From assembly GCA_030829955.1 (NCBI GenBank), contig JAURNY010000031.1, positions 5,374 through 69,373 of the forward strand: 64,000 nucleotides of DNA, given 5' to 3'. The notes beneath the pieces are model-generated. The model was not told the origin of the DNA, searched no databases, and saw only the letters and a program-made list of their open reading frames with translations. Made by a program: the position numbers and the translations under genes. The stretch is from Gammaproteobacteria bacterium. GTDB taxonomy: Bacteria > Pseudomonadota > Gammaproteobacteria > Eutrophobiales > Eutrophobiaceae. This document shows, piece after piece, positions 51,404 to 62,454 of this stretch. The first letter of the stretch is position 1, and every line of letters starts with the position of its first letter.

Positions 51404-51823
51404 ATGAATTTCAGAAAAGATAAACTGGAACCAGTGCATCTTGATATCACACCACTTATTGATGTGGTATTTTTATTGCTTATCTTTTTTATGGTTTCAA
51501 CTACGTTTGAACATAATTCTGAAATTAATATCACCTTACCAACGTCTTCGAAAGAAGTAAAAGAGGCCAAACCGGATTCGGTTAATATTAGTCTGGATGC
51601 ATCTGGTAATGTCTATATTAATGACAAGGCATTGGTGAACGCGCAATTAGAGACGATTAAACAGGCGTTATCTGAAGCGGTGTTGGGGATTGATGAACCA
51701 CCAATTATCATCAGTGCAGATGCTGAAGCATCTCATCAGTCTGTCATCAAAGTGATGGATGCAGCCAGACAATTAAATCTGATTAGAATTACGTTTATGA
51801 CTCAGGAATTACCCGAAGGGTAA
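51404..51823 (+). CDS. ExbD/TolR family protein
   Basis: ITPLIDVVFLLLIFFMVSTTF and IISAD...HQ.VI.VMD motifs. Confidence 0.93.
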   Translation: MNFRKDKLEPVHLDITPLIDVVFLLLIFFMVSTTFEHNSEINITLPTSSKEVKEAKPDSVNISLDASGNVYINDKALVNAQLETIKQALSEAVLGIDEPPIIISADAEASHQSVIKVMDAARQLNLIRITFMTQELPEG

Positions 51824-51835
51824 TAAATTATTATT

Positions 51836-52840
51836 ATGCTGTTTCAGGAACAGATTGAAAAACTTTGGTATTCAAAACATCCAATCGGATATTTATTAAT
51901 ACCTTTATCGTGGATTTATATCCTCGTTATCAAGACTCGTCGCTTATTTTATCAAATCGGTTTATTCAATATTAATCAACTTGATGTGCCGGTTATCGTT
52001 GTAGGAAATATTTCGGTAGGTGGTACAGGTAAAACGCCCCTAGTGCTGTGGTTATGTCAGTATTTTCGGGATAAAGGTTTAAAACCCGGCATCATTAGTC
52101 GGGGTTATGGCGGGATTTTCATGAATAAACCACAGCAGGTGCGGCCAGATAGTAGTCCAAAACTTGTTGGAGATGAAGCCGTATTATTAGCTAGAAACAC
52201 CTTAAGCCCAGTTGCAGTAGCTAAAAAAAGACGATTGGCAGCAGAAGAATTAGTCAAACATTATCGATGTAATATCATTATCTGTGATGATGGTTTACAG
52301 CATTATGCCATGCAACGGGATATAGAGATTGCCGTTATAGATGGCGCACGTCGTTTTGGTAATGGACACTGCCTTCCGGCAGGACCCTTGCGTGAACCAA
52401 TAAGCCGACTAGAATCAGTCGATATGATCGTTAGTAAATTTAATTATGGTCGACATGAATACAAAATGGATTATGAATATACTGATCTAATTGCATTGGT
52501 TACACCAGATAAAACTATGTCAGTAGAGAAACTTTCAGGTCAGAAGGTTCATGCTGTTGCAGGTATTGGCAATCCTGAAAGCTTTTTCTCTTATTTGAGG
52601 AATCATAATATTCAGATTATTAAGCATGTATTTCCCGATCACTATGCTTTTAGAAAAGAAGATATATTATTTCACGACGGTTTGCCCGTGGTGATGACTG
52701 AAAAGGATGCAGTAAAATGTTTTTCTTATGCTAACCAGTCACACTGGTATTTACCTATAAGGGCTAAATTACCTGAAGCATTTTGTATTAGACTGGATAA
52801 TTTAATGAAAGAGGTTGTTAATGGACAAAAAACTGCTTGA
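51836..52840 (+). CDS. lpxK: tetraacyldisaccharide 4'-kinase
   Basis: [32 protein letters not shown] and MTEKDAVK motifs. Confidence 0.96.
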   Translation: MLFQEQIEKLWYSKHPIGYLLIPLSWIYILVIKTRRLFYQIGLFNINQLDVPVIVVGNISVGGTGKTPLVLWLCQYFRDKGLKPGIISRGYGGIFMNKPQQVRPDSSPKLVGDEAVLLARNTLSPVAVAKKRRLAAEELVKHYRCNIIICDDGLQHYAMQRDIEIAVIDGARRFGNGHCLPAGPLREPISRLESVDMIVSKFNYGRHEYKMDYEYTDLIALVTPDKTMSVEKLSGQKVHAVAGIGNPESFFSYLRNHNIQIIKHVFPDHYAFRKEDILFHDGLPVVMTEKDAVKCFSYANQSHWYLPIRAKLPEAFCIRLDNLMKEVVNGQKTA

Positions 52841-53012
52841 TATCCTAGTGTGCCCTATTACCAAGGGGCCATTAGTGCTGGATAAGAAAAATCAGGAATT
52901 GCTTTCGCGTACTGCTCGACTGGCATATCCGATTAGAGAAGGCATTCCGGTAATGCTCGAGGACGAAGCCAGAACGTTAAGTGATGATGAACTGGAAGCA
53001 TTGAACCAGTGA
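52821..53012 (+). CDS. Trm112/YcaR family protein
   Basis: [16 protein letters not shown]...[18 protein letters not shown]; lies between lpxK and kdsB. Confidence 0.92.
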   Translation: MDKKLLDILVCPITKGPLVLDKKNQELLSRTARLAYPIREGIPVMLEDEARTLSDDELEALNQ

Positions 53013-53743
53013 CCATCCCGTATAGTATTATTATTCCTGCCAGATACGCATCAACGCGATTACCTGGAAAACCATTATTGAAAATAAAAGGTAAACCGCT
53101 TATTCAGCAAGTTTATGAACAAGCCAGATTAAGTGATGCCAGAGCAATTTATATTGCTACCGATGATGAGCGAGTAAGAAAATCTGCTAAAAAGTTTAAT
53201 GCAAATGTTGTAATGACATCTGATAAGCATGAATCAGGAACGGATCGTCTAGCTGAAGTTATTGAAAAAGAATTTATTGCTCATGATGAAATTATTGTGA
53301 ATGTTCAGGGCGATGAGTATGGATTGCCCAATATATTGATTGAGCAGGTTGCAGAGTTATTACATGCACACCCAGATGCGAAAGTTGCAACCTTGTGTGA
53401 GCCTATAGAAAAAGAAGAAGATTATTTAAATCCAAATATCGTCAAGGTGGTTAAGGATAAACAAAATAGGGCCTTATATTTTAGTCGTTCTCCTATTCCT
53501 CATAATCGTGATGATGGCTTGCTAAAACAGTGTTTTCGTCATATTGGGCTTTATGCGTATCGGGCAGGTTATTTATCACAATTCACAAAAATGCCAATAT
53601 CAGCATTAGAAAAAAATGAAAAACTGGAACAGCTTCGTGTTCTTGAAAACGGTGATCGTATTATTATTGATGTTGCCAGAGCGAAGTCTGGAATAGGCAT
53701 TGACACAAAAGAGGATCTTGCTTTGGTAATCAAGCAGGTTTAG
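53009..53743 (+). CDS. kdsB: 3-deoxy-manno-octulosonate cytidylyltransferase
   Basis: [27 protein letters not shown] and EKLEQLR motifs. Confidence 0.96.
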   Translation: MTIPYSIIIPARYASTRLPGKPLLKIKGKPLIQQVYEQARLSDARAIYIATDDERVRKSAKKFNANVVMTSDKHESGTDRLAEVIEKEFIAHDEIIVNVQGDEYGLPNILIEQVAELLHAHPDAKVATLCEPIEKEEDYLNPNIVKVVKDKQNRALYFSRSPIPHNRDDGLLKQCFRHIGLYAYRAGYLSQFTKMPISALEKNEKLEQLRVLENGDRIIIDVARAKSGIGIDTKEDLALVIKQV

Positions 53744-53758
53744 ACATCTGCTTGATTA

Positions 53759-53977
53759 TTATCTTGCGCGGAAGGTTATTCTACCTTTTGACAGATCGTA
53801 AGGTGTCATTTCGACAGTTACCCGGTCACCAGTAAGAATACGAATATAGTTTTTTCTCATTTTGCCGGAGATATGAGCAGTGATCACATGTCCATTATCA
53901 AGTTCAACACGAAACATTGTGTTCGGAAGGGTTTCTACAATAGTGCCTTCCATCTCGATTTGATCTTCTTTCGCCAT
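53759..53977 (-). CDS. infA: translation initiation factor IF-1
   Basis: [26 protein letters not shown]...[15 protein letters not shown]; 72 aa from ATG 53977. Confidence 0.98.
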   Translation of the reverse strand: MAKEDQIEMEGTIVETLPNTMFRVELDNGHVITAHISGKMRKNYIRILTGDRVTVEMTPYDLSKGRITFRAR

Positions 53978-54016
53978 GAATTCCTCTAACGCTAAAAAGT
54001 GCGAATAATGCACTAA

Positions 54017-54760
54017 TTATGATTGGACTGCAAAATTTTGACTGGATAGGGGCTCTAAACACTTCCACTGGTTGCCCAGAAAACATTCTAGAGGTTGATA
54101 TTCGGTTTTATAGCTCATTTTTTGACAACCGGTTATCCAGTAACCGAGATAAAGGTAGGATAGACCCAACTCTTTGGTTAATTTGATTAATGACAAAATG
54201 ACATATTTGCCAAGGCTACGAGTAGCATAATCCGTGTCGAAAAATGTATAAACTGCAGAACAGCCATCCAATAATTCATCGATAACGGCAACAGCTAATA
54301 ATTTTTCATTTAACCTATACTCGACCAGTCGTGTTTCTGACCATTTACACCAGAGAAAATTTTGATAACTATCTTCTGTTGGGTTATTCATATCGCTATC
54401 CTGGTGCCTAGTTGAAATATATTTTCGATAAAGCTCAAAATGTTCGGTATTAAATTCGGCGACAGTGAACGTTGTGCTTAAGTCTTTATTCAGTTTGAAA
54501 GCTCTTTTCTGGTGACGTCGTGGACTAAAAGTTTCAACAGGAATTCTTGCCGGTATACATTCCTGACAATTAGCACAATGTGGCCGATAAAGATGTTCGC
54601 CACTACGTCTAAAACCATTAGCGACCAAGCTGGAATATAACAATTTGTTTTTCGGAGAGAGTGGATCAGCAAATAGGCTGGTGGCCTCATTGCCTTCAAT
54701 ATAATGACATTCGTGTGGAGCAGTTAGAAAAAAGCGAAGATATTGACTGTCATTATCCAT
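54017..54760 (-). CDS. arginyl/aspartate-glutamate leucyltransferase (Ate/Bpt family)
   Basis: GFRRSGEHLYRPHC..C..C, SAVYTFFD and YLYLGYWI..C.KM.YK motifs. Confidence 0.92.
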   Translation of the reverse strand: MDNDSQYLRFFLTAPHECHYIEGNEATSLFADPLSPKNKLLYSSLVANGFRRSGEHLYRPHCANCQECIPARIPVETFSPRRHQKRAFKLNKDLSTTFTVAEFNTEHFELYRKYISTRHQDSDMNNPTEDSYQNFLWCKWSETRLVEYRLNEKLLAVAVIDELLDGCSAVYTFFDTDYATRSLGKYVILSLIKLTKELGLSYLYLGYWITGCQKMSYKTEYQPLECFLGNQWKCLEPLSSQNFAVQS

Positions 54761-55478
54761 TATGTTGCCAATCAGTGGTTTTTTTCAATGTACAATAGGC
54801 ATGTAAATACTGAGTAAAATGTTCACGTTGAATTGGTTTTGCTCCGAGTGATTGCAGATGCGGTGAATGAACCTGGCAATCGATAAGTTTGAATCCTTTA
54901 TTGGCAAGTTGTTCTGTTAGCGAAACGAGTGCAATTTTTGAAGCATCGGTTTTCCTACTAAACATAGATTCACCGAAAAACACTTTTCCAAGAGCTATAC
55001 CATATAAGCCGCCTATCAACTCACCTTCAAACCAGGTTTCAACTGAATGAGCATAACCGGATTGATGTAAACCTATATAAGCGAGTTTCATTTCATTGGT
55101 AATCCAGGTTTCATTAATAATTTTTCTGGGTGCAGCACAGTTTTCTATGACACGTTGAAAACATTTATTGAAACTGACTTGGTATAGGTTTTGTTTGAGT
55201 TTTTTCCCCAAACTGCGAGATACATTTATTTGATTAGGTTCCAGTATACAACGCGGATCGGGTGACCACCAGAGAATAGGTTGTCCTGCGTTAAACCATG
55301 GAAATATACCTTTTTGGTATGCTTCTAGTAAACGGGATTCAGTTAATTCTCCACCTATAGCCAATAAGCCATCAGGTTCACGTAATGACTGGGATACTTC
55401 AGGAAATGAATTTGACAGTAAATTGTCTTTTACCCAGTAAAGTTTTTTATTAGATTGATTTTGATTTCCGTAAGTCAT
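54753..55478 (-). CDS. aat: leucyl/phenylalanyl-tRNA-protein transferase
   Basis: PDGLLAIGG, GIFPWF, WWSPDPR, FFGESMFS and IDCQV motifs. Confidence 0.95.
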   Translation of the reverse strand: MTYGNQNQSNKKLYWVKDNLLSNSFPEVSQSLREPDGLLAIGGELTESRLLEAYQKGIFPWFNAGQPILWWSPDPRCILEPNQINVSRSLGKKLKQNLYQVSFNKCFQRVIENCAAPRKIINETWITNEMKLAYIGLHQSGYAHSVETWFEGELIGGLYGIALGKVFFGESMFSRKTDASKIALVSLTEQLANKGFKLIDCQVHSPHLQSLGAKPIQREHFTQYLHAYCTLKKTTDWQHNG

Positions 55479-55482
55479 ATGG

Positions 55483-56619
55483 CTAGTTTATCGCTTTATA
55501 GGGGAGATGTGACTCTAGTAAACTAATTTGTTCACGCATCATTTTGGTTTCACGTTGCAAGTAATTAGCTATCACATTTGAAAAATTCGGTTCACGTATC
55601 CAATGTGCAGATGTCATACCAACAGGCTGAAAGCCTCTGGCTAATTTATGTTCGCCTTGCACACCGGCATCCAATTTTTCCAGTTTTGTTTTAATCACAT
55701 GCTCTATCGTTTGGTAATAACATAATTCAAAATGTAGGAATGGAATCTCGGTTTTGCAACCCCAATGACGACCATAAAGGGTTGTATCATCCTTCATGGC
55801 AAATGCGCCTGCGATATATTCATCTCCCTTTTTTGCCATAATTAATAAGGTTTGATCTGACAAAGCCTTGCCCAACGATTTGAAAAAATCCAGCGTAAAA
55901 CGCGGTTCCCCCAATTTTTTATAGAAGGTCGTGGAGTAAAAACGATAAAAGTGTTGCCAATGTTCTTCAGTTATTAATTTGCCAGACAATCTTTCTATTT
56001 CAATATCGCTTTCAGATATTGCTTTACGTTCATGCAGGATTTTCTTTCTTTTCTTTGATGTGAGTGTGTCAGTAAAATCCTGAAAGTCACGATACTCCTG
56101 GTTAAACCAGTGGTATTGCAAAGTTATTCTTTGTAAAGCATTATGACGATAAAAATCACTCATATTTGCTTCTGTGGGGAACAGAATGTGCGCAGAAGAG
56201 AATCGGCATTTATGCATTAGTGCAATTAGATTTTCTATCAAGATATTTTTATATTCAATACTGTTACTATCTTTTCTGCATAACAAGCGATTACCTGATA
56301 CAGGTGAAAAGGGAACTGCAGATACTAGTTTTGGATAATAATGGTGACCGGCACGGTGATAGGCATCGGCCCATATCCAGTCAAAAACAAATTCACCGTA
56401 TGAGTCTTCTTTACGGTATAAAGGTAATATAGCTAATAATTCTCTGTTATCTTCAATGACTAAATGTGATGGAAACCAATATTGTGATTTAAGGCAGTTG
56501 TATTTCTCTAGTCCATACAGAAAATCATATGATAAAAAAGGGTTGTTGTTTGTATCCAGTGACTGCCAGTTCTCTGCATTAATTTCAGCAAGACTGGTAA
56601 CAATTCGACATTCAGGCAT
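55483..56619 (-). CDS. FemAB-like GNAT protein (DUF482 type)
   Basis: SYGEFVFDW.WA.AY, YYPKL, LYGRHWG, LHFELCYYQ and QGEHKLARGF motifs. Confidence 0.9.
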   Translation of the reverse strand: MPECRIVTSLAEINAENWQSLDTNNNPFLSYDFLYGLEKYNCLKSQYWFPSHLVIEDNRELLAILPLYRKEDSYGEFVFDWIWADAYHRAGHHYYPKLVSAVPFSPVSGNRLLCRKDSNSIEYKNILIENLIALMHKCRFSSAHILFPTEANMSDFYRHNALQRITLQYHWFNQEYRDFQDFTDTLTSKKRKKILHERKAISESDIEIERLSGKLITEEHWQHFYRFYSTTFYKKLGEPRFTLDFFKSLGKALSDQTLLIMAKKGDEYIAGAFAMKDDTTLYGRHWGCKTEIPFLHFELCYYQTIEHVIKTKLEKLDAGVQGEHKLARGFQPVGMTSAHWIREPNFSNVIANYLQRETKMMREQISLLESHLPYKAIN

Positions 56620-56638
56620 ATATTGCGGCCTGATTCAG

Positions 56639-57154
56639 TTATTGAGTAATATTTATATCGCCACCTATTACTTTCAAGGTGGCGCGTTTAGAGCCTTCCA
56701 ATGAAAAGCGGGTTTCTTCATACGCCCCGTTTGCGAGCATGAAGCGAAATGTAAAGTTAATGCCATTTATAAGCGCATTTAATTTTGCTGAAACAACTTC
56801 ATTATTTTTTATGTAACCGAGAACAAATTCACTCCATTTATGATTACTGATACATGGTGCATTATTAATGGAACGGTTATCGATAATTAGGTTATCTATC
56901 TGGAAGGTGGGGCAATGCTTTTCTGCTAATCTTTCAGAATGCTCATTTACAGAGAATCTGGAACGAACTGCACCGACACTATCTTTATATATTTCTACAG
57001 TGTAACCATCCTGATTGGTAACAAAAGCAATCGGCGTTGTGGCGTTACTATCAACCTCAGTACTAACTTTCCATATCGCGTAAGAATATTGGGAAAATAG
57101 CATTGAACACAAGGCGATTGAGAAAAGCGAAATTGTAGAATTAATTTTACTCAT
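56639..57154 (-). CDS. hypothetical exported protein
   Basis: Sec signal ending SYA-IW; two Cys in the mature part; C-terminal FSLEGS..A reminiscent of IalB-like proteins. Confidence 0.65.
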   Translation of the reverse strand: MSKINSTISLFSIALCSMLFSQYSYAIWKVSTEVDSNATTPIAFVTNQDGYTVEIYKDSVGAVRSRFSVNEHSERLAEKHCPTFQIDNLIIDNRSINNAPCISNHKWSEFVLGYIKNNEVVSAKLNALINGINFTFRFMLANGAYEETRFSLEGSKRATLKVIGGDINITQ

Positions 57155-57228
57155 TGCATATTTATAGCGACGTAAAAAACTGTTTAAATTAGAATAATAT
57201 ATTTAAAACATACCATATTTTATCAATA

Positions 57229-58212
57229 ATGAAACGTAGAGACCTGATTTTAGGTGGCATTAGCTCTCTAACTTTAGTCAAAATATACCCTTTATGGGCT
57301 AACGCAACAGGGAAAAATGCTGTTGGCATTATAAGTGATTCGATTTTTCTTCAATATCATCTGGCAGAAGGTCATCCTGAATCACCTGCACGATATCGGG
57401 TGATACAGGAGCATCTGAAACAATCTTCTGTTTATCGAGACATCGATAAACCAGCACTACACAAAAATCCTGAGAAGTGGCTAGATACCATTCATACATC
57501 AGAACACATAGCATCCATTAAAAAACTCTATCCAGAGGCCTATCCTGTTGCAACTGCAGCGGTAGCTGCACCATTAAGTGCTGTAGATGAGGTGATGAAT
57601 AAAAGATTAAAATATGTATTTTGCTCAGCACGGCCTCCCGGGCATCATGCGTTGAATACTGGCAGGGAAGAGGGATTTTGTTATTTTAATCAAATTGCTA
57701 TTGCTGCACGTTATGCGCAACAGCAATATGGTTTAAAAAATATACTGATCGTTGATTGGGATTATCATCATGGCAATTCAACTGAAGCGATGTTTTATAC
57801 GGATGCCAGCGTATTATTTTTTTCAACACATGATCAATTTGCCTATCCTGGCACGGGCGATCCTGCAAAAACGGGTGAAGGTGCAGGCAAAGGGTTTAAT
57901 GTAAATGTTCATTTGCCATGTGACACAACAGACGAAATGATTATTGAGGCATACAAAACAAAATTATTACCGTTATTGCCCGAATTCAAACCGGAGCTTG
58001 TATTAATTTCTGCCGGTTTCGATAGCAAGATTAATGATAATTTGGGTTGTTTTAATGTCACTGACAAGGGTTTTTCTGAATTAACCTTGATGATGAAGCA
58101 GGTAGCAAATCAATATTGTGATGGCAGGTTGGTGTCTATCCTTGAAGGTGGCTACAACCTAGAAGGAAATGCCAAGGCTGTAGTGACTCACATCAATGCA
58201 TTAGTCAATTAA
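57229..58212 (+). CDS. histone deacetylase-family amidohydrolase with a twin-arginine-like signal
   Basis: HPESPAR, RPPGHHA, GFCYFN, DWDYHHGN, ISAGFD and LEGGY motifs; N-terminus MKRRDLI...ANA. Confidence 0.9.
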   Translation: MKRRDLILGGISSLTLVKIYPLWANATGKNAVGIISDSIFLQYHLAEGHPESPARYRVIQEHLKQSSVYRDIDKPALHKNPEKWLDTIHTSEHIASIKKLYPEAYPVATAAVAAPLSAVDEVMNKRLKYVFCSARPPGHHALNTGREEGFCYFNQIAIAARYAQQQYGLKNILIVDWDYHHGNSTEAMFYTDASVLFFSTHDQFAYPGTGDPAKTGEGAGKGFNVNVHLPCDTTDEMIIEAYKTKLLPLLPEFKPELVLISAGFDSKINDNLGCFNVTDKGFSELTLMMKQVANQYCDGRLVSILEGGYNLEGNAKAVVTHINALVN

Positions 58213-58238
58213 TACTGGTTAATCGATTAATTATCTAA

Positions 58239-58571
58239 CTATTTATCGATGTCTACTGATTTGGAATAGACAGGGAAAGGCATCACATTTTCACCAGCTT
58301 CGAGTTTGGTTATTTTTGCAGCACCTTCTTTTTCAACTTCATCGATGCGAATAATTGAATGCATGGGAATATAAGTTCGATTTACACCTTTAAACTCGGA
58401 TTTCAAATTTTCTTCACTAGGATCAACGACGACACTACTGCGCTCACCGAACAGGATTTTTTCTACTTCGATGAAGCCGAAAATCCCACCCTGATGCAAG
58501 TCACGAGCAAATATTTCGAAGACTTTGCCTTGATTGTGAAAAATTACTTTATATATGGTTTTGTCAGTCAT
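58239..58571 (-). CDS. DUF1820 family protein
   Basis: IYKVIFHNQGKVFEIFA, VVDPSEE.LK.EF and IPMHSIIRIDEV motifs. Confidence 0.88.
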   Translation of the reverse strand: MTDKTIYKVIFHNQGKVFEIFARDLHQGGIFGFIEVEKILFGERSSVVVDPSEENLKSEFKGVNRTYIPMHSIIRIDEVEKEGAAKITKLEAGENVMPFPVYSKSVDIDK

Positions 58572-58625
58572 GATTAATCTTTGTGGTAAAAAAGTCGGCG
58601 AATAATAGCATAAAGATAGAAATAA

Positions 58626-60107
58626 TTAGAATTCATATGTCAGATTTGCACCAGGCCCTAATGGCAAACCAAGCGTTGTCCAAATAACAAGTAATATTAA
58701 CCAGACCAGCAAAAAAGCAATAGAGTAGGGGAGCATCATGGCTACAACTGTTCCCAGCCCCGAGCCTTTTGCATATTTTCTAAATTCAATAATGATAATA
58801 ATCATATATGGATTCATTGGTGTAATGACATTGCTTACAGAATCACCGATTCGATATGCTGCTTGTGTTAATTCTGGAGTGATATTTATTTGCATTAACA
58901 TGGGTACAAATACAGGCGCAAAGAATGCATATTTTGCTGATGCTGAACCGATTAACAAGTTTGCCAACACAACCAGAAGTACAAAACAAATTAATAACAA
59001 AGAATCATGCACACCGAATGTTGTTAGCCATTGCCCACCGGCAACAGCCATGATTTGACCAAGACCTGATTGTTGAAATGCGGCAATAAATTGTGCTGCG
59101 AAAAAAGCTAGTACAATATAAGGCCCCAGATCAGCCATCACTTGCCCAAGCATATTGGCAATATCTCTATCACTTTTTATTGTTTTACTTAGCAGGCCAA
59201 ATACCAATGCGGGAATAAAAAATAAAAATAACAGTAATACAACAGTGGCTTCTATCCATCGATCAAAACGTTTTCCTTCCCCATAAAGTGGCCAGCCAGG
59301 AATTAAACAGGCAGTCACGACTAATAGAAACAATACTAATGCCGTAATACACGCATACTTTAATGCAAATATATTGTCATTGTGTTGTTCGGTGATTTTA
59401 TGGGTGTTTGTTAATTCAATATTTTCTACAGCGGGAGCAACATATTTTTCTGTGACAAACCAGCCTGTAATGACAAGTAAAATAGTTGATGCGATCATGA
59501 ACCACCAGTTGCCGGTCACTGCCACAACATATTCGGGATCGATAAATTGTGCGCCACGTTGAGTAAATCCTGCCAATAAAGGATCCAGGGCAGTGATAAA
59601 TAAATTGGCACTAAAACCTGCTGATACACCAGCAAATGAAACGGCAATACCTAATAATGGTGAACGCCCTACAGACATATATACAAGTGCTGCTAATGGT
59701 ACTAGTACGACATAACCGGCATCTAATGCAATAGAAGAGAGTATGCCAATGAAAAGAGTGGTTGGTGAAAGTAGTTTCAATGAAACATGTCGCATACCAA
59801 ATTGAATTAATCTGCCTAACAGACCGGTTTTTTCAGCAAAGCCAATCCCTAACATGCCGACCAATACAATTCCCAAGGGGGGGAACTGCAAGAAGTTGGT
59901 GATCATGGTTGACATTAACCACCAGATACCATCGCTGGATAACAGATTGATTGCAGAGTACTGGGTTCCATCAGGTGCAGTGACTGACCATTGATTCATG
60001 GCAGCAAAGCTTGAGAGTAAAAATACGATGATTATCCCGATAAAAAATAAAGTATTAGGATCAGGTAAGCGATTACCTATTCGTTCAATGGTCGTTAATA
60101 TTTTCAT
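58626..60107 (-). CDS. AbgT family transporter
   Basis: IERIGNRLPDP, FPPLG, GFSAN, IGSASAK and QAAYRIGDS..N.ITP motifs. Confidence 0.92.
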   Translation of the reverse strand: MKILTTIERIGNRLPDPNTLFFIGIIIVFLLSSFAAMNQWSVTAPDGTQYSAINLLSSDGIWWLMSTMITNFLQFPPLGIVLVGMLGIGFAEKTGLLGRLIQFGMRHVSLKLLSPTTLFIGILSSIALDAGYVVLVPLAALVYMSVGRSPLLGIAVSFAGVSAGFSANLFITALDPLLAGFTQRGAQFIDPEYVVAVTGNWWFMIASTILLVITGWFVTEKYVAPAVENIELTNTHKITEQHNDNIFALKYACITALVLFLLVVTACLIPGWPLYGEGKRFDRWIEATVVLLLFLFFIPALVFGLLSKTIKSDRDIANMLGQVMADLGPYIVLAFFAAQFIAAFQQSGLGQIMAVAGGQWLTTFGVHDSLLLICFVLLVVLANLLIGSASAKYAFFAPVFVPMLMQINITPELTQAAYRIGDSVSNVITPMNPYMIIIIIEFRKYAKGSGLGTVVAMMLPYSIAFLLVWLILLVIWTTLGLPLGPGANLTYEF

Positions 60108-60221
60108 CGGATACTGTTAATAAAATTAGATATGCCATGTATGTATTTCAAATAGCTTTCCTGAAAACATTAAATAGGATGCAAAATAATATTCGTTTTA
60201 TTATCTCAGGCACTGTGATGA

Positions 60222-61222
60222 CTATGGGTCAGATGTTACTAGTATTATTTTTCCGATGGTGTCACCTTGTTCAATTAATTGATGTGCTTTTGCTGCATCA
60301 GATAATGGTAATTCCTGTCGTACTTCTATTGTTAACTTGTTGTCATTAAGTAGGGATGCACATTGTTCAAGAATCCAAGATTGATGTTTTTGGGCATCAT
60401 TCATCCCTAGTAATTGAGGTGTTGTCATAACTTCAAAGCTGACAGTCTGGTTTCTAACTCTTGCACTTAGCCAATTTAAATCTGTAACGGGTAATAACAG
60501 GCTGACGATTTGTCCATAAACTTTTGTTAGAGGAAAAAGTTTTTCTGTTTCTTTTCCGCCAACATTATCTAGAGCAACATCAACCCCTGAGCCATTAGTC
60601 CACTCCAGCACGCGAGCTTCTACATCCTCGTTTTTATAATTAATAATACAATCTGCACCAAGTTTTTTTACAAAAGCAGCTTTTTCATCAGAACTGATTG
60701 TCGTGCACACCTGAGCGCCCACATAATTTGCAAGTTGAATTGCAACATGACCTACACCACCTGCACCAGCGTTGATAAATACTTTATCGCCTGCTTTTAA
60801 AGATGCGCGATCGAATAAAGCCTCCCATGCGGTTATTAAAACTAGTGGCGCCGCAGCCGCCTGATTATAAGTTAGTGACGCTGGTTTTCTTACCAGAAAG
60901 TGTTCTTCAATAACTGCATATTCAGCATAATTTCCATTGATGCCACTAATACCACCATGAAAAAAGTAAACTTGCTCACCAATGCTTACGTTTTTTACTG
61001 CACTACCTGTTTCAATGACTTCACCTGCACCGTCACAACCAGGGATAAGAGGTAAATCTTCAAGAGGATATGCGCCACCTCTGACTTTTGTATCGATGGG
61101 ATTTACTCCCGCCGCATGTATACGGATTTTTACTTCAGTATCTTTTTTAATTTCAGGATCAGTTACTTCAGTATATTCGAGTACATCGACACCACCTTGT
61201 TTATTAAATAAGACAGTCTTCA

Positions 61223-61223
<1 letters not shown>
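60222..61223 (-). CDS. NADPH:quinone oxidoreductase (MDR / zeta-crystallin family)
   Basis: AAGVNPIDTK, PGCDGAG, TAWEAL and GAGGVGHVAIQLA motifs. Confidence 0.9.
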
Positions 61224-62182
<959 letters not shown>

Positions 62183-62372
62183 TCATAATCTCCACGTGCT
62201 TGTTATTCATCATTATTTTGTGCTGAGAGAAGTAGAAACAGGTAAATGTGGGCAAAATGAGCAAAATTAAAGGTTTGTATTTAGCTCGTTTACCACATGT
62301 TACAACCTGGCTAAAGCGAGCGCTATGGTACGTGAAAGCTTGAGTGACAGCAAAATTTATTATATGTGATAT

Positions 62373-62388
62373 AGTGATTTTTATCACT
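62373..62388. promoter_or_regulatory. CRP/FNR-like palindrome in the trxB-ftsK spacer
   Basis: AGTGAT-TTTT-ATCACT (GTGA-N6-TCAC), about 66 nt upstream of the ftsK start. Confidence 0.3.
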
Positions 62389-62454
62389 TTTACTATTTGA
62401 TTACTTCTTTAATAAACATATAATTACATAAGTTTCTTATTAAAAAACATCAAT

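Noticed and set aside
51823..51836. msbA absent between exbD and lpxK
   Set aside because: The same order without msbA occurs in Pseudomonas-like genomes, so it is not unusual.
62257..62343. 28-aa ORF (KGLYLARLPHVT...ALWY) faintly resembling an alanine dehydrogenase C-terminus between trxB and ftsK
   Set aside because: The similarity is too weak to support by eye.
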